Of a stretch of 64,000 nucleotides of DNA, positions 53,323-64,000 are shown piece after piece. The number at the start of each line of letters is the position of its first letter. Position 1 is the stretch's first letter. The translations under genes were made by a program, and so were the position numbers. This stretch comes from Ramazzottius varieornatus (lineage: Eukaryota > Animalia > Tardigrada): the NCBI GenBank assembly GCA_001949185.1, contig BDGG01000002.1, positions 7,554,448 to 7,618,447 of the forward strand, in the 5' to 3' direction. Under the pieces are notes generated by a model. The model made no database searches. It was not told the origin of the DNA and saw nothing but the letters and a program-made list of their open reading frames with translations.

Positions 53323-54027
53323 TTTATTGTTTTTTTCTTGCGAGAAGTTTCGCAAAACATATTTAATGGTACAATAAATTACAGTGATTTCTCGCAACGA
53401 TCGACGGACTTGAATTAATTGACTCAAGAGAAGCGCCCAGTATATTCTGGCGATATCGTCATGAGTGCAAAACTTACATCTTCGATACATAATTTAGCCT
53501 CTAGATTTGTAGGTGTGCTCGGAGAAGCTTTTTTTGTGTAAATCGGTTGGGGCGAATACCGACCATCGACGCCGTCTTCCGTAGGAAAGGAAGATTCCAT
53601 CAAAGGTTGCTTTTTTCTTTCCAAGGACTTTCTACGCCGCAACACTATAGCTCGTCCACCTCACGGGCATGGGATAAGGAACGGGCCCTGTGACTCTGCA
53701 ATAATTTCGTCTCGACAAACGGGACTACGAGACCGTTTTCCGGCCTATCATAACATTTGTGAGAGATATAGGAGTGCCTGCTGGGAGCGCATGTTTGACC
53801 GCTCACAAGCAATTAAAGCATTCCTGCCGGGAAGGCCTGACACCGCAAGGGAGTGTACTGTAAGCTGCAAGGAGAGCTAATTCAAGCGCCTGCGATCAGC
53901 TAAAGGTATAAAACGTCAATATTTGGAAGAATCCGTCTGAAGGAAGTCTTCGAAACGCCACCTGACCACTAACACCTCCTGACGGAAGATTTCAGTCATT
54001 TTCTTATCGTTCTATTCTTGACCGATA

Positions 54028-54639
54028 ATGAAGACCCGGAAGGGAAGTTCTTCCTGGTGTATGCCTGCGTTTGCACGCTTTTTGTTGTTTGGCCTGTTTT
54101 GTTTTCCTCGGCATGTGTTTTCCCAACAGTACCAATACAGCCGAGGATGGACGCCGGGGAAGCGGACCTCGTCTCCTCTCACGCTAGAACCCAAAGGTAC
54201 CAATACCAGAACGGATTTTTCCGATGTTTGGCCAGCAGCGCGGAAACCTAATACATGATCATTGCACTTATTTTGTAGGTAGCGAGTTTTCTGACTACGG
54301 CGGAGACATGCAATGGAAATCGCGACCCGCACGTTTGGTAGGGTTTTCCAGTTTTGGGTACATTCAGCGCTTCCGCCATATCAGCGACGCTCTAGGTCTG
54401 CTGGATCCGACGCAGATGGATAGTCCCAACGACGATCTAAACACAACGCCATCCGTTCCTGACCTTGAAAAGTCCTTGCCTACAGCACAGAAAAATTTCG
54501 CTTCAGACAATCGACGTGAGATCAGAATTCCTCCAGTTAACGAGCCGCGCCCTGAAGCATTAATTTCGTATCAATGTAACCGCTGCTGTTATTTACAGTT
54601 CACCAACGTCCCCTTCTGATATTTTCCAGAGGGGGCTAG
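54028..54639 (+). CDS. Crz: Corazonin-type neuropeptide precursor
   Basis: Signal peptide followed by QQYQYSRGWTP-GKR (54124-54165), compare pQTFQYSRGWTNamide. TATA ~53907. Downstream exons tentative. Confidence 0.88.
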
Positions 54640-55564
54640 TTTCCGTCGTCAATGGTTCTCCTTCCTTCTATATGGACTCAGCAAATGTTTTACCCATGGA
54701 CCCATCAGACTATATCCGAGAGCTACTCAGAGCCTCAATGAAATTTTGTGCCTGCACAAGAAGAATTTTTCCGAAGACCAACGAATAGTCATATTCTTGG
54801 CTTCTAGCATGCTAATCATTCGATAGGTATCTGTAAAAATGTTTTGCTGTACGGTTTCCTCTGCGATCAATTCAGGTATAGTTGCTTCGTAGTCCGTTCA
54901 GCTCTTCAAGCTCTAGAGATTGCCAGCATGCAGCAGCAACAGATTTATTGTTGTATTTTATTCAGTCGAGTAGTTATATTCGGCACTTGCCGCCCGTTCT
55001 ATTCAGTTAAGCAGAACAGTCTCCAACCAGTCAAACTTTAACTTTCTTGTCTTTGCTCGGCTCACAAACAGACAGAACAGTATGTACTAAAACTTGAAGA
55101 GGCGGCACTTGCAGCCCGTAAAGTGTGTGTAACAGAGCACGAAGATCGTAACGGCTTCGTGTGATCGCCGAAGCGAAAGAGCCACACATGAAAGAAAACT
55201 TCTAAAAAGTTAAAAATAGTCAAAGATGTACCAGAAAGGACCAGTCAGCAGATAACGCACGAGGTCTGCTTACGTAAGGACGATGAAGAAACGTGAAGAG
55301 ACAGAGAATACAATGGCAAAACGACGGGTAAGCTTCACGGGGTTATTCTTGGACTGTTTTCATGCAGTGATCAGCAGAGGAAGGCTTGGTAAGAGCAGAC
55401 AGCATCGTTCGGCTGTCGTCGGGTATTTGGTATGGGTTTAGTAGTTGGGAGGACTTTAAGGTCATACACGGGGTTCTCGAAGGATGCTCAACCATGCGGG
55501 TTAGTTGCGCGCTATACAGAATAAGAAAAGTTTGTTTGATATGAGAAACTAACGGTTGAAATGG

Positions 55565-57570
55565 TTATTCTTCCTCGGCACCTTTTCGTTTCAACCGTAG
55601 CTTGTCGTTGTTACGTTGCAAGTGTTCGTGCGTGCGAACACGAGCTCCGGCAATATCGAAGGATATTCCGAGGCGAAGGAGGGTTGGATTGGCCATGACC
55701 AAACGGGCAATCTCCATCTCGATCTTCTGTCCGAGGATTGCCGGACTCTAAAATCGAAATATCTTCTGTTCAGACGAAAGCTGAGAAAGGAAGGCCGACA
55801 GACGTAAGTCTAGAAGGTTGTTATCGTAAGCGGCGCAGGCTTCCAACCAATAACAACGAGAACGTGCGCCACTCGAGACAGCGATCTTGTACGTTTCGCT
55901 TTCCGCTCTTCCAAATACTCTCAATAGTCCAGAGAACTTCTTCTATGCGTACCTGGTTCGCTGCACGAAATTCCAGAAGTGTCTGGTTCTTCAACAGCGC
56001 TTTAACAAGCTCCACCTGGACATCACCGCTGATGTAATTTGTCTCGACGTTGAAGATCTTGAGCGTCTTGTTGTCCTCCAAAGCTTGAATAAAAGGCTAA
56101 AGAAAACAACAATAAAACACCTATACACTGTTATTACACTAACCTGATTACTCTACCAGATGTCACGGCGGTCTCTTTGTAAAAGACATTAAAGAGCAAC
56201 TTCGCATCATGAATTATGCATTGATCTAGCTCACCTTCGCAGCGGTGTCCGTCATGCGTGTGTTGGCCAGTGACAGTGACTCGAGATGCGTGTTGGTGCG
56301 CAGTCCCTCGGCCAACTGGTGGAAGCGCTCAATGGAGATGTTCTGTAAGAAGACGGGAAATATAATAACCGTTCAAGCAAACGATATCGGTCAATTGAAA
56401 AAGCACTTACTCTAATATTGTTCCAATTCAGCTCTTTAAGACTGGGGTCGTTCGATTTCACTTGCTCGATGGTAGCTTCGACATCGGTGTTATTATCCGG
56501 CTCGGGCGGCATGAATTTCGGCATGTCCGACTTGGCAATAGCTACAAAACACGTGGTAAACCACACCGTTTGCAATGTTCCTCAAGGAAGGGAAGCTCAG
56601 CGAATAAAACTCGACAGGAATATTTTCAAGTGGCGCACTCTTTCAGCCTATGACACTAGAACGTGCGTCACTTAGGAAAACAACCAAACTCGGTAAAATC
56701 GTTTCCACGTGGCGCATGCTTCCAGCCATTAACACTGAACACGTGCGCCACTGAGGAAACAATCGTGTCCAGTTTGTTCGCCGAGCTCCCAAATTCCGAA
56801 TATCATTCGTGAAAATAGTTTTGCATACCTTGAAACTTTCCGCTGCCTTTTGGCAGACCATTGTTGTTCGATCTCTTTTCCGGATCTTCATACGCAGCTT
56901 GATACTGTGTTTGATTGAGCATCCCGTGAAGACCCAAAATAGCAGCTAGATCTACCAAGTCTTCTTCCGAAGCATCGTCTAAAGCTTTCTCGTACTCTTC
57001 GTCCAGCTCCAGGCCGATGTCGTCTTTTGTCGGCGGAGGAGTAATTTCCTTCGCCTGGAATTTCTTCCCTATAAACGGTCCTCGATGTAATCCGTAGCAC
57101 GCGATAAGTCAATGAAATCATTAATCAAGCTTCTCAAACGCGTAAACAGAACAATTAGGCACGCGATCCAGAATACAACGACGATGTTGACTAACCTCGA
57201 ACAACACCAGGTTCATATGGGACAGCTTCATCCCAGTCCTTCTCTTCTCTGGCCTTCTTCTCGATGAATTTCATCAGCTTTTCCCTGTTCAAAGGTCCTG
57301 TGGGAGCTTTGGTAGTTTGATCACGGCATCGTTCGTTGGCTGGGAGGTAAGAGTTCTGTAAACAGCAACATCGTATTAATGCTTATGGCGGATTAAGGTT
57401 GCTATATACGGCCGCATGATCGATATTTTTATGAGGAGCGTTATCCTTACATCAGGATCAACATAGTTGTTCAGTTCCTCAAGTTCTTCTGGAGAAAGTT
57501 TGTCGAGGATTTCCTCCACATTCATGTCCTCATACTCCTTCAGATCGCGCCCGAACAGCTTCGTTGCCAT
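55565..57570 (-). CDS. tmod: Tropomodulin
   Basis: LFGRDL..Y.D.....IL.KLS.EEL, PTGPLNR, EPDNNTDVE, LKELNWNNI, NVETNYIS, LQRNND. Confidence 0.93.
55830..55872. repeat. Intronic palindromic element unit
   Basis: gcggcgcag-N25-gtgcgccac, tropomodulin intron. Confidence 0.8.
56630..56751. repeat. Intronic palindromic element, tandem double unit
   Basis: Units at 56630 (N24) and 56709 (N25), tropomodulin intron; outer arm tttgttcgcc ~56773. Confidence 0.85.
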
Positions 57571-58505
57571 CTTGATGATTGTTTTTCAGTCAATGCGTTG
57601 ACAGCGAGGAGGTGTATTCCTGTCAAATTGTCACCCTGGCTTCCGATGAGCTCCCTTTATTGCGCGACAGAACAGGGCCGAACCTGTAACACACATACCA
57701 CGCGATTAGATATGCTACAGAAAATCCGAACGTTTCGGAAACTGCATTCAAGGATCGCGATAGTCAATGAGCACAGTCGTGATGTACATCTGGAAGAGGT
57801 CGCTTACGTGAAAGGGGCTCTTGATTCAGCGATCCCGTTTCCTCAGACGCACTCAACAGCCAAACAGTAGAAACGCTGATTAAGATTTAGGAGCACTTGG
57901 CAAGTGTTGCAAAGTGTGGCGGTCTGCTTCGCTGCGTGCAAGCAGAGCAAAAGCTCTTGCAAATGGAAATCTGGTGCAAGTTTGCCTTTGCCAAGTTTAC
58001 CGACTGCTGTGTTCGCTCTCTCTCTATGTACGCCCACCCCGCCCACACCTCGCTGCGAACTGCGCGAACTGCGCGAAGTGCGTGAATGTCAACAAGATAT
58101 CGAGAAGCCTTCGTAAACACTCAACAGCTGCAAAAAATTAGTCCCAAGTCTTAATTCAGAAGATGAGATCCGGCAGAAAAATCCCACGTGAAGGATCCCC
58201 CAACAGAGGAGATGCTTCCGCCCAGCGAACCTAGCGAATGAGTCATCCACATTCCAAAGTTACGCATTACGTAACCACCATCGTATGGCACGGTGCGCCA
58301 TCATAACTGGTGACGCACTGCATCGCAAATGCGATTTTCGATAACATTCGGCCTCATTAATTTTCCACTACAACCTGAAGGAATGCGTTGCCGATGGCTA
58401 TTTTTGCGTGACAAAGTAATCGATTATCGTTTTGCAGGTATTCCCCAGAGGCCGTAGGAAGTAGGAACTGCATGAACCCCGGCCGTGCTTCCATCGGGGC
58501 AGGAA

Positions 58506-60295
58506 ATGGACTTCAAGGACATCATGAGTTGCGCATGCTGTCGTGGTCGTCGTCCCATCTTCACCATGCATACCAGAGTGTATGGAAAGCTGGCCTTTTC
58601 CCAACCCGTCCAGCTCTATCAGTTATCTAACAAGCATGGCATGGAACTCTCCGTCATCAGCTACGGCGCAAGAATCATCGGGCTAAAAGTGCCCAGTGTC
58701 ACCGGTGAACTGGTCGATGTTGTGCGCGGCTTGAAAGATTTCGAAGGTGAGTTTCCTTGTTGTGATTTTGGTTAACTTTCTTATGTATGAGTGCCTGTTG
58801 TAGCGTATCAGAAAGATGAGTTCTACTTCGGAGCAATCGTTGGACGTGTCGCTAGCCGTGTTCATCCAAATACGGTGAATATTGCTGGGAAGCAGTTTGT
58901 GTTGGTTCCCAACACGGATATGGTGCATCACAATGGAGGAAAGAATGGCTTTGATACGGTAAGCTGACATTTCTTCCTCGATTACAAACAGGGTGCTGTT
59001 ATATTTGGAGTTGTATTGCAGGCAATATGGACTTCGGAAGCTCTGGAAGAGAACCAGCGAGAAGGCGTGACAGCCATAAAGTTCCGTTACGTGAGTCCAC
59101 CGGGTTCGGAGGGATATCCGGGGGAACTCTTGACGGAAGTGGAGTATCGCTTGACCAACCGCAACGAATTGATTATGAAAATCGTGGTCAAAACCGAAGA
59201 TCCTACACTTGTCAGCATTCCTAACCATGCCTACTTCAATCTCGGGGGACCTGTAGGTTATTTCTTGCAGCAAAGATTGCTTTCCATGCGTGGCTATAGG
59301 GTGATCTTGTCGCTTGTAGAGTGAACGGAACATTTACGATCACTGGTTGACCATCAACGCTGAAACCTATACACCAACCGACGACAAGTTCATTCCGTCG
59401 GGAGACATCAAGCCGGTCGCGGGAACTCCATACGATTTTCGCAGTCCAAAGAGAATTGGTGACATCATTGGTCAACTTCCGAGTGATGGCTACGACGATA
59501 ATTGGTGTCCTAAACGAGCGCCGGGAATGGCTCCCACTTCTGTGTCCCGGTACTTTCCTCTCATTTCCCTTCTCGTAATAGTGGTTATTACTTTTAAATT
59601 TATTTTTGAGATTTTCTGTTTGTCTTTCAGGTTGTATTGTCCTTCGACAGGTGTCGAAATGGTGGGTATTACATCCTGGAGCTTTGTGGGTTTTCGTTAC
59701 TTTTATTACTGATCTGTTGAACTTCTTTGTACTTCTGCAGGAAATCAAGGCGACTCAACCCGGTTTGACGGTATATACCGCCAACTTCCTGAACAAGGAC
59801 ATAATAGGCAAATATGACGAGATTTGTGACAAACACTCCGCTATATGCCTCCAAACCCACAACTACCCGAACGCTCCCCACCACGTATGTTTCCATATCC
59901 GATACCCAAGCAAACAGACTCGACAAGACTGGTCTCCCAAGTGGTGCACGTTTCCAGTGTGGTAGCCTAGGAACGTGCGCCACTTGGACAACTGGACCAG
60001 GTCGTTTGTCCAGGTGGCGCACCTTTTCGGCCCGTAACAACGTCAACGTGCGCTCCTTCGCAAAACGATCTTGTCCCGTTTATTTGTGGAGCTTCTATTG
60101 GTGTGTAAATCGTTTCGTGGGGGTATAGGCCCTGGTGGTTTTTAGGAAAATTTCCCTTCCGCATTGTTGATGCCCGGTCAAACTTACGAGCACACGACCA
60201 TCTATTCGTTCTCGACTCACCGATCCCAACAACCCCGAAGGACCGATTACGGAACTGTCAACAGGGCTGCCGCCATCGAGTCGCCAGAAAAGTAA
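58506..60295 (+). CDS. Aldose 1-epimerase (galactose mutarotase)-like
   Basis: ISYGARI...VP, YFGAIVGRVA, EGYPG.L, NHAYFNL, IPSG.I..V.GTPYDF, TQPGL.VYTANFL. Confidence 0.9.
59941..60056. repeat. Intronic palindromic element, tandem double unit
   Basis: Units at 59941 (N25) and 60014 (N25), GALM-like intron. Confidence 0.85.
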
Positions 60296-60538
60296 ACTTC
60301 ATCAAATTGCTTGTCCGTCCCCGTTTAAGGTACCTTGATATAACTGCCTTGCCGCAGCGCTTGCAATGCACGTTTCGCGTTTTACTGATTATCTTCGCTC
60401 AGATCAGTTCACAAACTTTTTACGTTTTTTAGCAGATTCGTGATTAACAGACGGTGTTTATGAAAGCTGTACAGTATGAATAATCAAGACAGAAAGCATA
60501 CTTTATCAATAAACTCTAGGTAAATTATATGTAAGATA

Positions 60539-63500
60539 TTATAGCATGTTTCGGTTCGTGGATCGTCGTGTGGTAGTTGGAGAGCAAGCTGTTGTGCAAG
60601 TCACAGTAGAATTGCTCGAAAAGACCACGGAGAATGGGAAGGACACTGGTTTGTTCGATGTGATGACTGGACGAGGTTTCTTCACTTCGGTCCTCAGTAC
60701 TGGTGGCTTCGCAGTACTGGTGGTGAAAGCTCGGCCGGTCGCACTTCGAGGTCCAGCCACACCAGGTATCACGTTACTTCCGGTACAGCTGATTTGCACC
60801 TGTGCTGAACTTTGCAGCTTTGTATTTGGGTTCTCAACAAACACCTAGAAGGAGATCATTGTAACATGAAGAAAACTATCTTACCGGAAGTTCCTGATTT
60901 ACTTACGGTGAAGGACGTGCTGTCAGCTATAGCGCGTCGAAGGCGGATAGTACCACTAGCTGGATCCACGATCACCAACCTAGAAAAAAAGACCATACAT
61001 TTTGTGGCGGTAAAAGAGAACTTGACGTTCATCTCGTTTATGGTACTTACGGAGTATTTTCGGGTGCTACAAAAAATCTTCTAATGTTGTTCCTGCCAGC
61101 GTCAATGTCCGATGCCTATACAGGAAAGTTGATTTTAGCAGATATAATTTTGTATGGGTACTGCAGATGAAGACTTGAGTGCAACCAGCAATGATCTTCG
61201 TACCGTTACGATTCCAACTTGTGACATAGGGAGGCCACAGTCAATAGCAAAGTTATAGTTTGGTTGATCAAACACCGGCTTGTTTCGGTTCACGTTGAGG
61301 ATCCCAATGTAGACATTCGTTCCGCACACCTGTCAAAAAGTTAAGTTAGTCCATGAGAGTCTTCACTTCCTTTGGTTATGAGAAAAAGGTATTTTGTACC
61401 GTATTGTTGCCGATCATTCCAATGACTCGCAGGAAGACAGAATCAACCGTTGGTTGGGACAAAGGACTCGCCACCGTAATCGACGCCCTGGAAAAAAACA
61501 TAAGGTGTTTTCTAGCGGGCAAAATATTTCACAAAATGTTGCGATCGATCTTACGGCGCAGCCAGGTCGAAGTAATCAAACGAGGAAGCGTCCACAATCT
61601 GGTAACGGAAAGCCGGGTCGCTCTGCAAGAATATAAACCTCATTTTTGTGCCTTCATTCTGACTGGCCAACAAGACAAACAAACTTCTTTACATTTGTGG
61701 GTAAAGTTGTGGCGACAGATCCGACCGGTACATCCTCGTTGATATCCACCGAGACCGACTGCACACCACAGACGGCAATATCGGGCACGATGGAACCATT
61801 GAGGGTACCGCTGCGAGGCGGAAGTGGCACTTGGTCAGCGGCTTGTTCATTGCAGACAACTTGCACTTGTAGGGTTTGTGTAGAACGAGTCAATCCACCA
61901 CCTTCCAGAATGATCGAAGGAACGTATGAACCTTGGAAAGTCGGGTCGACGGGCTGGGCGAAGAGCAGAGTAATGTTGCAGGTCCCAGATGAATCACAGA
62001 GAACCGGAAGTGCTGGTCGGAACAACCTGTGGCAAAAACTCAATCATATTGAAATCCGACTGGATGTCACTTTGACGACGTGGAAGGAATGCTTACGTGT
62101 TCGACAAGGTTATTCGAAGAGTTGAAAAGTCGATGTTGGGGCTGAAGCGAGCTCGAATGGTTCCTGCTACTTGTGGACCGACATTTGCCTGACCGTTACA
62201 CTGCGTCACCCTGCAAAGCACATCATCGTCAAACCAAGTCGAACTTACTATTAATGGCCGTACAGTACTGCGGTACCTGAAAGACGTGTCGCCGATGAAA
62301 GACACGCTTGCCGGACTTCCACCCGGTCCCGAAGGTGGCGTTACATCCCGGATGGTCGCCGGCGAGACTGTACTCGCTGCTGACGAAGCACTGCAGCTCT
62401 TCAAGTACGCCGGAGTTAAGAATACCACGACGGTGAGGTTGCCTTGCACCACCGCAGTCGTCGCACCATTGCTCACAGCCCGAACGGTCATAATCTCTTG
62501 CATGGGACTGGTCGTCGGGCAGTAGCCACTCTTCAACGTCACCACTCCGCTGCTGGGGTCCACCGTGAAGGACGGACTGCCACTCAAGACAAACTGTACC
62601 GAAGCGCCATCCGCAGCACTCAAGGATCCGACTTGCGTAGCTTGTCCGGCATAGTTTGGCACGAAGAAGGACCAATTCATGGTAGAAGACGCCGTTGGGG
62701 TGTCGTCGGAAGCGAAAGACGCGGGTGCCGGAAATGGAGTTCGGATCACGGGGGCGCCACCGCCGATCGTTCCACCGATAGTGCCAATAGGAAGGGTAGG
62801 TTGGGAAGGAGTTACCTGAAGTGGTGCAGACTGAGACGAGACCGACACTAGAGACCCTGATGGAGCAGGAAGACAAACCAAGGGAGCAGAAGGAGCCGGA
62901 GCAGCGAAGCCACCATACGAAGAGCCGGCCGAAACCAAGTTGCCGTTCGTAGGTGAGCTGGATGCGTACCCGTCACTATAGTAAGCGGGAGACGATACTA
63001 GGTTGCTGCTGGAACTACCACCGTAACTTCCCCCGGTTGGATAAGGTGCTGGCGTCGCCACAAGATTACTCGACGAAGAGCTACCGTACGTATTTCCGGA
63101 CGAAACGAGGTTAGAGCTGGAACCGTAAGAGCTACCATAGGGCGCCGGAGTGGCCACCAAGTTGCTGCTAGAACTGCCACCGTAATTTCCTCCGGTTGAG
63201 TAAGGTGCTGGAGTGACGACCAGATTACCAGATGAAGGACCACCGTACGAATTACCAGCTGAAGCGACCAAATTGGAGCTGGGACCGTAGTTACCACCAT
63301 AAGGTACAGAAGTGGCTACCAGGTTGCTGCTAGAAGTGCCGCCGTAACTTCCACCGGTTGAGTAAGGTGCCGGAGTGGCGACTAGGTTTGCAGAAGAGGA
63401 ACTTCCATATGAGCTACCACTGGAAGACACCAGGTTGGAGCTTGTGCCATAGTTGGCAATATACGGTGCAGGTGTCGCCACGAAGTTGCTGCTGGAACTA

Positions 63501-64000
63501 CCACCGTAGCTACCGAAAGAGACAGGGGCTGGAGCAGCGAGCAGGTTTCCCGAACTACTTCCGTAGCTGCTACTGCCACTGTACGATGCAGGGGCAGGCG
63601 TAGCTACGAGGTTTCCGCTGGATACGCTTCCGTAACCACCACCGTTGTAGGGAGCAGGTGTCGCGACCAGGTTGCTGGACGAACCGCCGCTGTAACTTCC
63701 GCCTGTCGAGTAAGGTGCTGGCGTAGCGACGAGATTGCTTGAAGAACTGCCGTAGGAGTTGCTGGCGTATGGAGTCGGTGTCGCCGCGAGGTTACTTGAA
63801 CTGCTACCAGCTACAAAAATAAAGATGACTATTCCCGCACTGATATCTATTGCTGGAGCAGACCCACCATTACCGTAGCTTCCTCCTATGGGATAAGGAG
63901 CTGGTGTAGCGACCAGATTGCTGGAACTTCCGGAGCTTCCGCCATTGTTGTACGACACCGGAGCAGGGGTGGCCACCAGGTTCCCGCTTGAAGGACTACC
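60539..64000 (-). CDS. Protein with Ser/Gly/Tyr-rich NLVATPAPY tandem repeats followed by divergent cadherin-like domains; 5' end outside window
   Basis: VGSLSAADG...FTVDPSSGVVTL, DINEDVPVGS, NVNRNKPVF, ASDIDAG, VDPASG; repeats 62930-64000. Confidence 0.7.
62930..64000 (-). repeat. Coding tandem repeat, roughly 13-22 codons per unit (SSSNLVATPAPYxxGGSYG)
   Basis: About 20 NLV/NLA/NFV-anchored units in the translated ORF. Confidence 0.9.

Noticed and set aside
56630-56751. Conserved arms with variable fixed-length spacers resembling a CRISPR array
   Set aside because: Arms are inverted, spacers are homologous to one another, there are at most two units per locus, no cas genes are present and the context is eukaryotic.
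58053-58087. Short ACTGCGCGA-like tandem repeat upstream of tropomodulin
   Set aside because: Only three to four degenerate copies, with no evidence of function.

Overview
Gene-dense eukaryotic window with short GT-AG introns. It comes from a compact protostome genome; a tardigrade origin is my inference from genome style and gene content and is unverified. There is one assembly gap (1848-2006). Recognisable genes in order: CELF3-6/unc-75-type RNA-binding protein (5' part outside the window), stand-alone PAW-domain protein, DUF2828-type pseudogene, RWD-MJ1316-2H (LENG9-like), brainiac-like glycosyltransferase, NBAS, two atypical 7TM paralogues, small XTBD protein, KH protein, Ly6/uPAR protein, Lst2/ZFYVE28, an H2A-H2B/H3-H4 quartet, NAGK, S1P phosphatase, TAF1B-like pseudogene, corazonin precursor, tropomodulin, GALM-like protein and a repeat-rich cadherin-like protein. 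Mobile DNA: a Tc4/Tc5-like deletion derivative (TCA target duplication) and a hAT-type MITE (8-bp target duplication). Three signals stand out. (1) A dispersed palindromic element, GTGGCGCAC-N24/25-GTGCGCCAC, has 17 complete units, all in inferred introns. (2) A canonical-type histone quartet in which every gene has an intron and none has a recognisable 3' stem-loop. (3) The cluster H2A has a 45-aa tail that looks like a duplicated docking-domain segment. All exon boundaries and family calls were made by eye, without searches.
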